Below are positions 29,701 to 39,598 of a DNA stretch of 64,000 nucleotides, piece by piece. Numbering within the stretch: position 1 is the first letter of the stretch; each line of letters starts with the position of its first letter. The notes below the pieces were generated by a model. That model ran no database searches and was not told the origin of the DNA. It saw only the letters and a list, made by a program, of their open reading frames with translations. The stretch comes from Chloroflexota bacterium (lineage in GTDB: Bacteria > Chloroflexota > Anaerolineae > Aggregatilineales > Ch27), in assembly GCA_019873685.1 (NCBI GenBank), contig JAIOAT010000001.1, forward strand, positions 100,419 through 164,418, written 5' to 3'. The position numbers and the translations under genes were made by a program.

Positions 29701-30343
29701 TGGGCCGCTAAATGCTGAACAGCGCGAGAAGCTCTCATTCGTTGTGGAACGGGCACGGCATCTTTCCGAACTGGCCAGGAACATCATCACCGTGCAGGCA
29801 CTGCAGGCCCGGACGCTGCATATGCAACCCTCCAGCCTGGATGAGATTCTCCCCCGCGTGATCAGCCAGTGGGAACCGGAAGCAGCCAAGCGTTCGATCT
29901 CCCTGAAAATGCAGCTGCCAGACAAACTCCCCCGGGTGATGGCTGACCCCAACCGTCTGGCGGAAGTGGTCGGACACCTGTTGAGCAATGCGGTGAAATT
30001 CAGCCCGACCGGTGCGCCGATCGAAGTGACTGCTCACGAACGCGAAGGCGTTGTTGAGGTTAGTGTTCGTGATCATGGGCCGGGGATCGCGCCTGAGCAT
30101 CATGAACGGATCTTCCGGCGCTTCTATCAGGTGGATGGCGGGGTGTCGCGCAAGCATGGAGGCGCCGGGCTGGGTCTGGCCATTGTCCAGGAAGTCATCA
30201 CCCAGCATGGTGGGCGGGTCTGGGTGGAAAGCGAACCGGGGCAGGGCAGTACTTTCTTTTTCACCGTGCCCAAAGCTTCGACCGTCTCCACGGCGGATTT
30301 TGAACCGACAACGGGCGTCTGGGACGAGACATGGCAGGGCTAG
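26719..30343 (+). pseudogene. Hybrid sensor histidine kinase (receiver-GAF-PAS-GAF-GAF-HisKA-HATPase) split by an 88-bp tandem duplication (track fragments 26719-29433 and 29351-30343)
   Basis: N-terminal receiver (ILIVDDTPD...DLVLIDSAMPGRDG), PAS (GDGLIVIGEHGEIEYVNN), GAF segments, HisKA H-box (LQNLSHEIQTPL), HATPase N/G boxes (LLSNAVKF, RDHGPGI, GGAGLGLAIV). Both fragments encode EGLVKLIDSDSRRTFDVEQVSLCQGIANV. Deleting one copy leaves 3537 nt, a single 1178-aa ORF. Confidence 0.85.
29332..29507 (+). repeat. Perfect direct tandem duplication, 2 x 88 bp (29332-29419 and 29420-29507)
   Basis: Read directly. The unit GAGGGCCTGGTTAAGCTGATTGACTCGGATAGCCGACGCACATTTGATGTCGAGCAGGTCTCGCTATGCCAGGGTATCGCCAATGTGG occurs twice back to back with no mismatch. 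88 is not a multiple of 3. Confidence 0.95.
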
Positions 30344-30373
30344 ACGCCTGCGCTTCACTGGAATGGATCGCTG

Positions 30374-30751
30374 ATGACCACTATTCACCTGGCACTGAAC
30401 AATGCTTATATTCTCTTCTCATTTGCCCTTGGGGTCTGGTGCATCATCAAGCTGGTGCGCAACCAGGGGCTTGACGGTCAGTTCTGGGGGGCGGTCGCGC
30501 TTAATACCCTGCTGGCCGTGGTGATCTTGCTGCTGGCGGCGGCAATGACCCTGGCAGGTATACGTCCTCACCGGGCGGTCTACTTTCTGTACGGGGTTTA
30601 CTTTGCCATTGTGCTGCCCGGCACCTTCTTCCTGTTGCGCGGGCGCGACGATCGCACGGCAGTGATCGTCTTCGGGATCGTGACGATTTTCTCCGGCGCG
30701 GCAGCCACCCGTGTACCTTTGCTGGTGGAACCCTGGAGTGCGGCACCCTGA
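30374..30751 (+). CDS. Small integral membrane protein (4 predicted TM helices), unknown function
   Basis: 125 aa, four hydrophobic stretches, no recognisable motif. Confidence 0.5.
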   Translation: MTTIHLALNNAYILFSFALGVWCIIKLVRNQGLDGQFWGAVALNTLLAVVILLLAAAMTLAGIRPHRAVYFLYGVYFAIVLPGTFFLLRGRDDRTAVIVFGIVTIFSGAAATRVPLLVEPWSAAP

Positions 30752-30818
30752 GCGACGCCTTCCCAAGTGGATGTCTGCCGGGCGCGTCCGGCTCGCGGTG
30801 GGGCAGAGGCGAGATGTA

Positions 30819-32138
30819 ATGGGACGGCACGCCGGGATGTTTGTGGCCGTCTGGGCACTTGTTGCCACCGTGGTGGTTGCCTGTGCGCCGTTGCCCGCGC
30901 CGGTGATCATCACCGATGTGGATGCTACCCGGACGGCTGTGGCACCTCCTGCCACTTCTTCCGCATCAGCACCGGCAACCGGAACAGGGCGCACGCTGCG
31001 ACTGGGAGTCACGTCCTGGCGTGGTTTTGACCCGCTTGATGCTAGCGACGCCGGGACGGAGCAGGTACAGGCGCTGGTCTACGAAACCCTGCTGACTTAT
31101 GATCCAGCCGGTAACCTGATGCCTCTGCTGGCCGCAGATCTACCGGCCGCTGGCGATGATGGTCTGTCCTGGCAGGTAAACCTGCGGCCTGGCGTCACCT
31201 TTCACGATGGCACGCCTCTTGATGCCCTGGTGGCAGCGGAGGCGCTCCAACGTCCTCTGGAGATTGCCGTCCAGGAGGAGACCCTACCTCTAGCTGTGCA
31301 TGTGTATCGGCAGCTGGTCGAGGCGGTTAGCGGTGAAGGCATGACGCTGACGTTCCGATTACGCGAGCCGTTCCGCACTTTTCCAGCCTTACTGGCGGAA
31401 CAGGCGCTGGCGCTGACTCATGGCATCGGAATCGGAAGTGGTCCCTTCCAGGTATCCGGCAGCGCACCGGAAGATGGCCTGCTCAGGCTGACACGCTATG
31501 AAGGCTATCATGGCGGCGCGGCTGCCCTGGAGATGGTGGAAATTACCCTGGGCCAGCAGGAGCCGGACAGCGGAGCGGTTATAATGGAGTCAGGCGGGGA
31601 TAGGCTGCTCGACCTGATCGCCGGGGAATCACGGGCCTCTGAAGACGGTTTCGATTACAGTGAACCATGGTATGCCGCTGAACGGGAGCAGTGGCTGATC
31701 CTCGATGCCGGGCGCGCCGCGCTGCTGCCTGCCGGGGTGATTCCTGTGCTCGCTCTTGCCGTAGAGGGATCGACGGAGGCATACCAGCTTGCCCTGGCGG
31801 AGATTGGCCTGCCGGATGGCTTTGACCTGGCGGCTCGCGCTGTTACCGGGCAGGAGGGGTCGCTGGCGGCGGCATTGCGCCGTTTTGCGCCGGTTCACAT
31901 TCAGACTACGGGCGCGGGCCGGGATACACCCGCTGATGCCCTGATCGTTGCCTGGACGCGTGACTGGGAACGCGCCTGGTGGTTGCGGTTCGCGGGGTAT
32001 GCTGATGATGATCTGGCCAGGGCGGGCGTGCGGCTGGATGCCCGGCCGATGGTGACGTATGTGCGTTCCGGTTTGACCGGGCTGGGAGTCACTTCCGGCG
32101 GTTGGGCGCGCGTTACTGCACAGACGGCCCGATCGTAA
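30819..32138 (+). CDS. Family 5 solute-binding-protein-like lipoprotein (peptide/nickel type), orphan
   Basis: The start is trimmed to ATG 30819 (GAGG upstream). Lipobox-like VVVACAP. SBP_bac_5-like segment LLAADLPAAGDDGLSWQVNLRPGVTFHDGTPLDA. No cognate permease or ATPase is adjacent. Confidence 0.55.
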   Translation: MGRHAGMFVAVWALVATVVVACAPLPAPVIITDVDATRTAVAPPATSSASAPATGTGRTLRLGVTSWRGFDPLDASDAGTEQVQALVYETLLTYDPAGNLMPLLAADLPAAGDDGLSWQVNLRPGVTFHDGTPLDALVAAEALQRPLEIAVQEETLPLAVHVYRQLVEAVSGEGMTLTFRLREPFRTFPALLAEQALALTHGIGIGSGPFQVSGSAPEDGLLRLTRYEGYHGGAAALEMVEITLGQQEPDSGAVIMESGGDRLLDLIAGESRASEDGFDYSEPWYAAEREQWLILDAGRAALLPAGVIPVLALAVEGSTEAYQLALAEIGLPDGFDLAARAVTGQEGSLAAALRRFAPVHIQTTGAGRDTPADALIVAWTRDWERAWWLRFAGYADDDLARAGVRLDARPMVTYVRSGLTGLGVTSGGWARVTAQTARS

Positions 32139-32160
32139 CGGCGGACACTGGAGCATCGAA

Positions 32161-34800
32161 GTGAAGCTGATCCTGACGCACGAGAACGCCGACTTTGACG
32201 CTGTGGCTGCCCAGCTGGCGGCCTATAAGCTGGAGCCGACGGCAATTCCAGTGTTGCCGCGCCGCCTGAACTACAATGTCCGGGACTTCCTGCATCTCTA
32301 TGGCAGCGCCCTTCCGCACATGACGGTGCGCGATCTGCCGCGCGGGCCGGTTGATTCGGTCACGGTTGTGGATACCCAGAGCGTGCTGACAGTACGCGGG
32401 ATGCGGCCCAACACCCCGGCGCATATCATTGACCACCATCCTTTGAGCGAGCCATTGCGTCCGCACCAGACCTATTCCGGTGAGCCAGTTGGGGCGACCA
32501 CCACGCTGCTGGTAGAGTTGATCCGGGAAGCTGGCGTCACACTGACGCCGATCGAAGCGACACTGTTGACGCTGGGAATCTACGAAGATACTGGCTCGTT
32601 ACTCTATGGCACGACTACGGCGCGTGATATTGCGGCGGCGGCCTGGCTGGTGGCAAAAGGGGCAGACCTCGATGTGGTGCGCCGCTTCCTGCAGCACCCG
32701 CTGAATGAGGAGCAGCGCGAGCTGTACGATCGCTTGCTTCAGAATACGAGCGTTGTGGACGTTCATGGTCATGCGGTAGCGATCGCAGCTGTTGGGCTGG
32801 AGGGCAACATTGACCAGATTTCGACGGTGGCCCATAAGCTGCGGGAACTGCTGGAGCCTGCGGCGCTGTTTATGCTGGTGCAGATGGGGTCACGGGTGCA
32901 ACTGGTGGCCCGTAGCACGGTTGACGAGATTGACGTGGGACGGATTGCGGAACAGCTCGGCGGGGGCGGGCATAGCCGGGCGGCTGCCGCTCTGATCGAG
33001 GATGGTGACTTGAGCGCTACGCGGCGCAAGCTGGAGGCGCTGCTTGAAGACTTGGTGGAACCGGCGGTCAAAGTGGCTGACCTGATGTCAACCGGCGTCG
33101 TCCGTACTGTACCGGCGGATATGTCAGTGCGGGAGATTTCCCAGGAGATGCGGCGCAGCGGGCATGAGGGCTACCCGGTTGTACAGGATGGGGCGCTGGT
33201 GGGTCTGCTGACGCGCCAGGCCGTGGACAAGGCCATGGCTCACCGACTGGGGCATCTGCCGGTCTCCCAGATCATGGAGAGCGGGCGGGTCTTTGTCCAG
33301 CCGTCCGATTCGATTGGCTACCTGCAGGAGCAGATGATGCGTTCCGGCTGGGGACAGATTCCGGTTGTCGATGCGGACGGCAACCTGATTGGCATCGTGA
33401 CGCGAACGGATCTGATCAAACGCTGGGGACAGCCCGATAACGGCATCTCCCGCCGCAAAGAGATCGTGCGCCGGCTGGAAGCCGCCCTTTCACCCGGCCT
33501 GCTGCATCTGGTGCGGGTAGTCAGCCAGCAGGCCCAGGAGATGAATCTGGGGCTGTACTGTGTGGGCGGTTTCGTGCGCGACCTGCTGCTTGCCCGTCCC
33601 AATACAGATATCGATCTGGTTGTCGAGGGCGATGCCATCGCCCTGGTTCGCCAGCTGGTGGAACGGTACGGCGGGGCGATGCGCAAACACGCGCAGTTCG
33701 GCACGGCCACCTGGCTTCTGGATGCGAAGGTTGCCGCGTCCTTTGGCGGGGGGGGCGATTGGCCGGATACCCTTGACTTTGTGACGGCTCGGACAGAGTT
33801 CTATGAAAATCCGACGGCGCTCCCAACGGTAGAGCAGAGTTCGATCAAGCTTGACCTGCACCGCCGGGACTTCACCATCAACACGCTGGCGATTCGCCTG
33901 GCGCCGGAGCCGTTCGGCCAGTTGCTGGACTTCTGGGGCGGCGAGCGCGATCTGCGGGCCGGCCAGATTCGGGTACTGCATAGCCTGAGTTTTGTTGATG
34001 ACCCGACGCGTATTTTGCGTGCTGCGCGTTTTGAACAGCGATTTGGCTTCCGTATTGAGGAACGCACGCTTGGTCTGATCGAAAAGGCGTTGCCGCTGCT
34101 GGATCGGGTGAGCGGCCCGCGGCTGCGCCATGAGTTGGAGTTAATCCTGGCTGAGGCGCGGCCTGAACTGGTATTGCGGCGGTTGCAGGATCTGGGGGTG
34201 TTGGCGCGTTTGCAGCCCGATCTGGCGGCTGACGATTGGCTGTTTGCCGCGTTTGAAGCCCTGCGCCAGGCCCGCCAGACGCCACCCTGGACGCTCAGGG
34301 AGATGACCAATACACGCGACGGCTGGGAGCTGGCACAGTTTGTGGTGTTGTGCTGCCGTCTTAAGGTAGAAGATGCTGAGCGGATCGGGCGGAGGTTGCA
34401 GGTCAAACGCCGGACACTGGATGAAGTCGCCGACGGTATCAAGACTTACCGTATGCGGCTGCCTGCGCTGGCTGAATGGCAGAAGCCCAGCACGGTTGTG
34501 CGGCTGCTGGGTGGCTTGAGTGATGTCGGACTGGTTGTCGCCTGGGCCATTGCACCGACTTACCCAGCCCGGACGCAGATTGTCCGCTACGTCACCGAGT
34601 GGAAGGCTGTCCGCCAGACGCTGACCGGCCACGATCTGCGTGCGTTGGGCGTTCCGCCCGGCCCGGAGTATGGGCGCTTGCTCAGGCGACTGCGTGACGC
34701 CCGACTGGATGGCGAAGTTCAGACCCCGGAAGACGAACGGGCGCTGGCTTTGCAGCTTCTGGCTGAGTTCAAAGAAGGGAATCATGACGCTCAGGAATGA
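32161..34800 (+). CDS. DHH/DHHA1 phosphoesterase + CBS pair + tRNA nucleotidyltransferase/poly(A) polymerase family fusion protein
   Basis: 879 aa. THENADFDAV (DHH region), GGGGHSRAAAA (DHHA1), two CBS modules (VADLMSTGVVRTV...; VSQIMESGRVFV...), then the PolyA_pol head GLYCVGGFVRDLLLARPNTDIDLVVEGD and RRDFTINTLA. Confidence 0.8.
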   Translation: MKLILTHENADFDAVAAQLAAYKLEPTAIPVLPRRLNYNVRDFLHLYGSALPHMTVRDLPRGPVDSVTVVDTQSVLTVRGMRPNTPAHIIDHHPLSEPLRPHQTYSGEPVGATTTLLVELIREAGVTLTPIEATLLTLGIYEDTGSLLYGTTTARDIAAAAWLVAKGADLDVVRRFLQHPLNEEQRELYDRLLQNTSVVDVHGHAVAIAAVGLEGNIDQISTVAHKLRELLEPAALFMLVQMGSRVQLVARSTVDEIDVGRIAEQLGGGGHSRAAAALIEDGDLSATRRKLEALLEDLVEPAVKVADLMSTGVVRTVPADMSVREISQEMRRSGHEGYPVVQDGALVGLLTRQAVDKAMAHRLGHLPVSQIMESGRVFVQPSDSIGYLQEQMMRSGWGQIPVVDADGNLIGIVTRTDLIKRWGQPDNGISRRKEIVRRLEAALSPGLLHLVRVVSQQAQEMNLGLYCVGGFVRDLLLARPNTDIDLVVEGDAIALVRQLVERYGGAMRKHAQFGTATWLLDAKVAASFGGGGDWPDTLDFVTARTEFYENPTALPTVEQSSIKLDLHRRDFTINTLAIRLAPEPFGQLLDFWGGERDLRAGQIRVLHSLSFVDDPTRILRAARFEQRFGFRIEERTLGLIEKALPLLDRVSGPRLRHELELILAEARPELVLRRLQDLGVLARLQPDLAADDWLFAAFEALRQARQTPPWTLREMTNTRDGWELAQFVVLCCRLKVEDAERIGRRLQVKRRTLDEVADGIKTYRMRLPALAEWQKPSTVVRLLGGLSDVGLVVAWAIAPTYPARTQIVRYVTEWKAVRQTLTGHDLRALGVPPGPEYGRLLRRLRDARLDGEVQTPEDERALALQLLAEFKEGNHDAQE

Positions 34801-35383
34801 TCCGGAAGCGGCACTGGCAACGTTTGAGATCAGGCAGATCGTAGAGTTGCGACTGGCGCGGGCTTCCGACCTACCAAAGCTGGAGTGGTTCGGGCAATAT
34901 ACGCATTACCGCCGGCTTTTTCAGGCCACATATGAAGATCAGCAGCAACAGCGGCGGTTGATGTTGCTGGCGGTGGTGAATGATTTTCCCATTGGTCAGG
35001 TGTTTATTCACCTGGGTGATGCACTGTGCAGGCCGCAGGCAAGCAGTTACGGGCGCGGCTACCTGTATGCCCTGCGGGTGCTGGAGCCTTTTCGCGGCCA
35101 GGGGATCGGTACGCGCCTGATCCAGTGTGCGGAGGAGCAAATCCTGGCCAGCGGTCTGCGCTGGGCGGTGATCGCCGCGGCCAAAGACAACCCCGCTGCA
35201 CGCCGGTTGTACGAGCGCCTGGGGTATGTGGTCTATGGCGAGGACGCCGGACACTGGGACTATACGGACAATGATGGGCGCGTGCAGCATGTCCATGAAC
35301 CAGCCTGGCTGTTACAGAAGCGGCTGCGCGCGCGGGCAGCGGGGGCGAATGCAGGCAATTCCGAAGGAGCAGATGGATGCTAA
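34784..35383 (+). CDS. GNAT-family N-acetyltransferase
   Basis: Acetyl-CoA motif LRVLEPFRGQGIGTRLI. GAAGGGA Shine-Dalgarno lies before ATG 34784. The track ORF is over-extended upstream. Confidence 0.75.
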   Translation: MTLRNDPEAALATFEIRQIVELRLARASDLPKLEWFGQYTHYRRLFQATYEDQQQQRRLMLLAVVNDFPIGQVFIHLGDALCRPQASSYGRGYLYALRVLEPFRGQGIGTRLIQCAEEQILASGLRWAVIAAAKDNPAARRLYERLGYVVYGEDAGHWDYTDNDGRVQHVHEPAWLLQKRLRARAAGANAGNSEGADGC

Positions 35384-35817
35384 AGCGGCTGTTTGGAGGC
35401 GGAAGACCTGAGAAAGACAGCGCGATCCAACCCGTGCAAGCAGGTGAAGATCGGCGCGACGATGCATCTCGATCAGGGCGTCGTGTCCGCGTGCGCTGGC
35501 GATGGCTGGCGGGTATCCTGGCACTGGCGGCGGCTGTGGCCGCACTGGGCGCGGACCTGTCTGGCTGGTTGCCTGCGGCATGGCTGGAACACTGGCCGGT
35601 CCTCGTGATTGGACTGGGCGCGCTGGGGCTGGTAGCGGGTATGGTGGCGGCCTGGGCGCCCGGCGCATTGGTCGGACCGCAGTTGATCGCGCTGGGCGCC
35701 GCAGGCATTCTGGCCCGGCAGGGCACGCCGATCACCATTGAGCTGATCGGCGGTGCATCGCTGATAGCGCTGGCCGTGGGCGTGGTGATGCGCGGCCTGA
35801 CCATGATCAGGTCGTGA
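35377..35817 (+). CDS. Hypothetical membrane protein (Arg-rich cytoplasmic N-terminus, 3-4 TM helices)
   Basis: 146 aa. The start overlaps the GNAT stop. Hydrophobic Ala/Gly/Leu-rich helices and no recognisable motif. Confidence 0.45.
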   Translation: MLKRLFGGGRPEKDSAIQPVQAGEDRRDDASRSGRRVRVRWRWLAGILALAAAVAALGADLSGWLPAAWLEHWPVLVIGLGALGLVAGMVAAWAPGALVGPQLIALGAAGILARQGTPITIELIGGASLIALAVGVVMRGLTMIRS

Positions 35818-35841
35818 GCCAGTTTCCGGCCCGGTGGCTCA

Positions 35842-37062
35842 TCAGATTGAGCATAACGCCTGATCAAGATCGGCGATGATGTCTTCGACCTCTTCCAGGC
35901 CGACTGATAGCCGAATCAGGCCCTCGGTGATTCCCATCCGCCGCCGTTCCTCCGGCGGGGTCTTGAAGTTCATCATGCTGGCCGGGTGGGCGATCAGGGT
36001 ATCGACAGTACCCAGGCTGACGGCCAGTCTGCATAGACTGACACTGTTCATCACATGCACGGCGGCGTCGTAGCCTCCGTGCAACTCAAATGAGAGCATG
36101 GCGCCGTAGGCGTCCATCTGCGTGTTTGCCAGATCGTGCTGTGGGAACGAAGTCAGGCCAGGATAGTTGACCCGCGCCACGGCAGGATGCTGTTCCAGAA
36201 AGCGGGCTACCGCCAGACCGTTCTCGCAGTGGCGCGGCATACGCAGGTGAAATGTCTTGAGGCCCAGGCCGGTCAGCCAGGCGTCCATCGGGCCAGCGAC
36301 CGCGCCATAGTTCGTCAGAATGGGCAGTAGCTTTTCGCGGTAGAGCGCCTCATGAGGCGTGACGATGACGCCGCCAACGACGGTGCCATGGCCAGTCAGG
36401 TACTTGGTGGTGCTGTGCAGGACGATATCCGCGCCCATTTCCAGTGGACGCTGGACATAGGGTGAGGCAAAGGTGTTGTCCACCACGACCAGCGCCCCCG
36501 CAGCATGGGCGCGGGCGACTACCCCCCGGATATCTGTGAGGGCCATCGTGGGGTTGACGGGCGTTTCGATGTAGACAAAACGCGCATGGGGGTGCTGCTC
36601 CAGGGCGGCCTCCAATTCATCCAGGCAGGGGCCATTGAAGGTCACATGCTGGACGCCCCGGCGAGCCATTTCCTTGGTGAAGAGGGCATGTGTTGCGCCG
36701 TAGAGGGCTACCTGGCTGATGACTGTATCACCAGCGCTGGTGAGCGCGAGCAGTACGGTGCTGACGGCTCCCATACCCGATCCGGTGAGCAGGGCATACG
36801 GCGTTTGGGGCAATCGAATGCCCTCCAGTGCCGCAATTGTTCGGGCAGTTGCTTCTGCGTTGGGGTTGCCCAGACGCCCGTAGATGTAGCCTTCTTCTTC
36901 CCCGCGCCACAGGGCCTGGCCATGGGCCACGCTGTCGAAGAGATAGGTGGATGACTGGTAAATGGGCATGATGTGGGCGTGGGTGCGGTTGATCTGACGC
37001 TCCGTGCGAATGGCGATTGTGCCAAAGTGGGGCCTGTCACTGATACTTCGGGGCTCGGTCAT
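35842..37062 (-). CDS. PLP-dependent Cys/Met-metabolism enzyme (methionine gamma-lyase / cystathionine gamma-synthase / O-acylhomoserine sulfhydrylase family)
   Basis: PLP-lysine motif HSTTKYLTGHG, plus VYIETPVNP and VVVDNTFASP. The start is trimmed to ATG 37062 (GGAAAGG upstream). Confidence 0.85.
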   Translation of the reverse strand: MTEPRSISDRPHFGTIAIRTERQINRTHAHIMPIYQSSTYLFDSVAHGQALWRGEEEGYIYGRLGNPNAEATARTIAALEGIRLPQTPYALLTGSGMGAVSTVLLALTSAGDTVISQVALYGATHALFTKEMARRGVQHVTFNGPCLDELEAALEQHPHARFVYIETPVNPTMALTDIRGVVARAHAAGALVVVDNTFASPYVQRPLEMGADIVLHSTTKYLTGHGTVVGGVIVTPHEALYREKLLPILTNYGAVAGPMDAWLTGLGLKTFHLRMPRHCENGLAVARFLEQHPAVARVNYPGLTSFPQHDLANTQMDAYGAMLSFELHGGYDAAVHVMNSVSLCRLAVSLGTVDTLIAHPASMMNFKTPPEERRRMGITEGLIRLSVGLEEVEDIIADLDQALCSI

Positions 37063-37207
37063 ACGTTGTGGCTGCCTTTCCTGCGGAATTAACGCGTATA
37101 AGCATACCGCTGACCGCAAGGAATGGGCAGGGAAACGGGGAAAAACGGGCGGCACAAGTGTAATTGCCCAGAAGCACTGAGAAGATTGAGCCGCTGGGGT
37201 AGGTGCC

Positions 37208-38596
37208 CTACAGCAGAATGTGGTCGATGGCGATGGTGAGTTGTTCCAGATTGCGCACCTGGTGCACTTCGTCGCAGTAAGGCAGATATAACAGCATGTC
37301 GCTGTCGTCAGTTCCCCACTGGGCCGGATACTCCGGATTCATCCAGATGGTTCTGCGGGAGCGGTGACCAATGTTGCGGAAAGTCTCCAGGGCGGGGTCG
37401 TTGAAGTTGTTGCGGGCGTCGCCCAGGACAATGAAGGTAGTGCGGCTATCGATCAGCGCCAGATGTTCAGCCTCGAATTGGCGCAGGCAGCGTCCCAGAT
37501 CGGTGCTGTAGTAACCGGGCGGCAGGGCAGTCAATACTGCCTGTACAGCCTCATCCACACGCAGAGTCGTCAGGTGCGGGGTAACGTCTTCAAGGTGATC
37601 GATGAAGGCGAAACTGCGCATCTTCTGCACCTGATCCTGAAGCTCGTAGAGCAGGCGCAGGAAGAACTCAGCAACCGGGCGCATCGATGTGCTGACATCC
37701 AGGATAACCACCAGCTTAGGTTTGCGGCGGCGCTCCTTCAGCCTGATCTCAAAGGGCACGCCGCCATAGCTAAGATTGGCTCGCAACGTTGATTTGGCAT
37801 CCAGCCGACCCTGTTTCCCGCGTTTCTGGCGCAGGGCGGCGCGACTGCGCAGGCGGTTGGCCAGGCGGCGCACCTCGTCACGCAGCAAGCTCATGGCGGC
37901 GCTGTCCAGCGAGCTGAACGGACGCTGAAGCAGGTCGGCGGTGGCCTGCGGACGCCGGGTCATCCTGGCGCGTTGCTCAAGGGTCTGCTGTCCTGCGAAT
38001 TGTTCCAGTTGTTGCTGGAGGGCGGCCTGGTTATGGGCCACCTGTTCCTGCAGACCCTGGATGGCCTGCGGACTCATGCCCTGCTGGGCCAGTTGCTCCC
38101 ATAGTTGTTCGAGCACCGCCTGAAGCTGGTCCCATCCCAGTAGCTGTTGCATCCGCCGGGCAGCGCGGCGCGCCTGGTACGGCGAGATGCTTTCATTCGC
38201 CTCAAGCCCGGCCTGCTGGGATAGGCGTTGCAGGTCTTGCTGGGTCAGCGGGCGGCCATTCAGCAGCCAGTCCAGCAGGCGTTGCAGGTCGCGCGCAAGC
38301 TGTTGCAGCACTTCGTTGAGGGCCTGCTGGAGCATCTGGCGTTCATCAGGTGTGAGATCAGCCTGCGGGTCGATCAATGGCTCATTCGCGCCGAAGTAGA
38401 GTGCGAAAAGCCTGTCGAACGTGGGGAAGGCGGCGCTATCTTTAACCAGCGTGGCGCGCAGCACATCATGGAACAGCCGTTGCTGCGTGACACCAGTGCA
38501 GGCGATGGCCTGCCAGGCATCCTGGCTTTCTGCGATGGAGACGCGTACGCCGGCCCCGCGCAGGGCCGCGATGAACCTAGCGATGCGTTCTTCCAT
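37208..38596 (-). CDS. CoxE-type von Willebrand factor A domain protein (MoxR partner)
   Basis: CoxE-like N-terminus MEERIARFIAALRGAGVRVS and MIDAS-like LVVILDVSTSM. GGAGGAAG Shine-Dalgarno lies 7 nt before ATG 38596. Overlaps the MoxR gene end. Confidence 0.8.
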   Translation of the reverse strand: MEERIARFIAALRGAGVRVSIAESQDAWQAIACTGVTQQRLFHDVLRATLVKDSAAFPTFDRLFALYFGANEPLIDPQADLTPDERQMLQQALNEVLQQLARDLQRLLDWLLNGRPLTQQDLQRLSQQAGLEANESISPYQARRAARRMQQLLGWDQLQAVLEQLWEQLAQQGMSPQAIQGLQEQVAHNQAALQQQLEQFAGQQTLEQRARMTRRPQATADLLQRPFSSLDSAAMSLLRDEVRRLANRLRSRAALRQKRGKQGRLDAKSTLRANLSYGGVPFEIRLKERRRKPKLVVILDVSTSMRPVAEFFLRLLYELQDQVQKMRSFAFIDHLEDVTPHLTTLRVDEAVQAVLTALPPGYYSTDLGRCLRQFEAEHLALIDSRTTFIVLGDARNNFNDPALETFRNIGHRSRRTIWMNPEYPAQWGTDDSDMLLYLPYCDEVHQVRNLEQLTIAIDHILL

Positions 38597-39506
38597 TGTC
38601 GCTTCCTCCACCCAGCTTAAAGGCGCGCCGCGCGCGGGCCATATCAGTTTCGTACTTGAGGAGGACGGTCAGGGTGGTTTCCAGCGTTTTCTGGTCAAGG
38701 GTAGTGGCGTTGAGCGCCACCAGCGCGTGCGCCCAGTCCAGGGTCTCGCTAACACTGGGATTCTTTTTGAGATCAAGCTGCCGCAGGGCCTGCACTGCTT
38801 CAACCGCCTGCCGGGCCAGTTGTGGCGCCAGGTCGGGAACCTTGAGGCGGACGATTTCCAGTTCTTCCTGGACATCCGGGTAGCCGATGTAGAGGTACAG
38901 GCAGCGCCGCTTGAGGGCTTCGCTCAGTTCGCGGGTGTTGTTGCTGGTCAGGAAGACGGTGGGGCGATGGCGAGCGACGATGGTGCCCAGTTCGGGGATG
39001 CTCACCTGAAAGTCGCTCAACACCTCCAGCAGGAATGCCTCAAATTCCGCATCGGCGCGGTCGATCTCGTCGATCAGTAGCACAGTCGGCGTATCGCTGT
39101 TGATGGCCTGTAACAGGGGGCGGGGCAAGAGGAAGCGTTCCGAGAAGAAGACATCTTCTTCCGCTGCCAGGCGATCCGCAGCCTCGGTTAGCGACTGTGC
39201 ATCCGCCAGGAGCGCGGAGAGCTTATCGCGCAGGAGTTGAGTGTAGAGCATCTGCTTGGCGTATTCCCATTCGTACAGGGCCTTACTCTCGTCCAGACCT
39301 TCATAGCATTGCAGGCGCACAAACTGGTGGCCGGTAACCGCCGCCCAGGCTTTGCTCAGCTCGGTCTTGCCGACTCCCGCCGGGCCTTCCGCCAGGATCG
39401 GCTTGCCCAGCCTGGTGGCCAGGAAGATCACCGTCGCGATCTCATCTGTGGCAATGTACTGCTGTGCGGCCAGCGCCTGCCTGACTTCCTGCACGGTGTT
39501 GAACAT
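38577..39506 (-). CDS. MoxR-family AAA+ ATPase (CoxD-like)
   Basis: Walker A EGPAGVGKT, Walker B VLLIDEIDRA, plus the CYEGLDESKALYEWEY segment. Confidence 0.85.
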   Translation of the reverse strand: MFNTVQEVRQALAAQQYIATDEIATVIFLATRLGKPILAEGPAGVGKTELSKAWAAVTGHQFVRLQCYEGLDESKALYEWEYAKQMLYTQLLRDKLSALLADAQSLTEAADRLAAEEDVFFSERFLLPRPLLQAINSDTPTVLLIDEIDRADAEFEAFLLEVLSDFQVSIPELGTIVARHRPTVFLTSNNTRELSEALKRRCLYLYIGYPDVQEELEIVRLKVPDLAPQLARQAVEAVQALRQLDLKKNPSVSETLDWAHALVALNATTLDQKTLETTLTVLLKYETDMARARRAFKLGGGSDNGRTHR

Positions 39507-39598
39507 GCCATTGTCTCCTGCTCAGAGGGCAGACTTCACCTGTATTATGGCGGCATTTCGGGAATTGGGTACGAAATATCCGGTTTTCTCAGGGGATG

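Noticed and set aside
35004-35867. 287-aa minus-strand ORF spanning the GNAT and small membrane protein genes; also 12750-13571 and 10145-10972 on the minus strand
   Set aside because: Extremely Pro/Arg/Ala/Ser-rich translations that overlap better-supported plus-strand genes. They are compositional artefacts.
37208-39506. MoxR + VWA pair as a vWA-MoxR conflict/defence-type ternary system
   Set aside because: The VWA protein has the CoxE-type N-terminus. There is no third associated gene and no recognisable effector or effector-associated domain next to it. The neighbours are a metal transporter and a PLP enzyme. The pair is read as a maturation chaperone pair.
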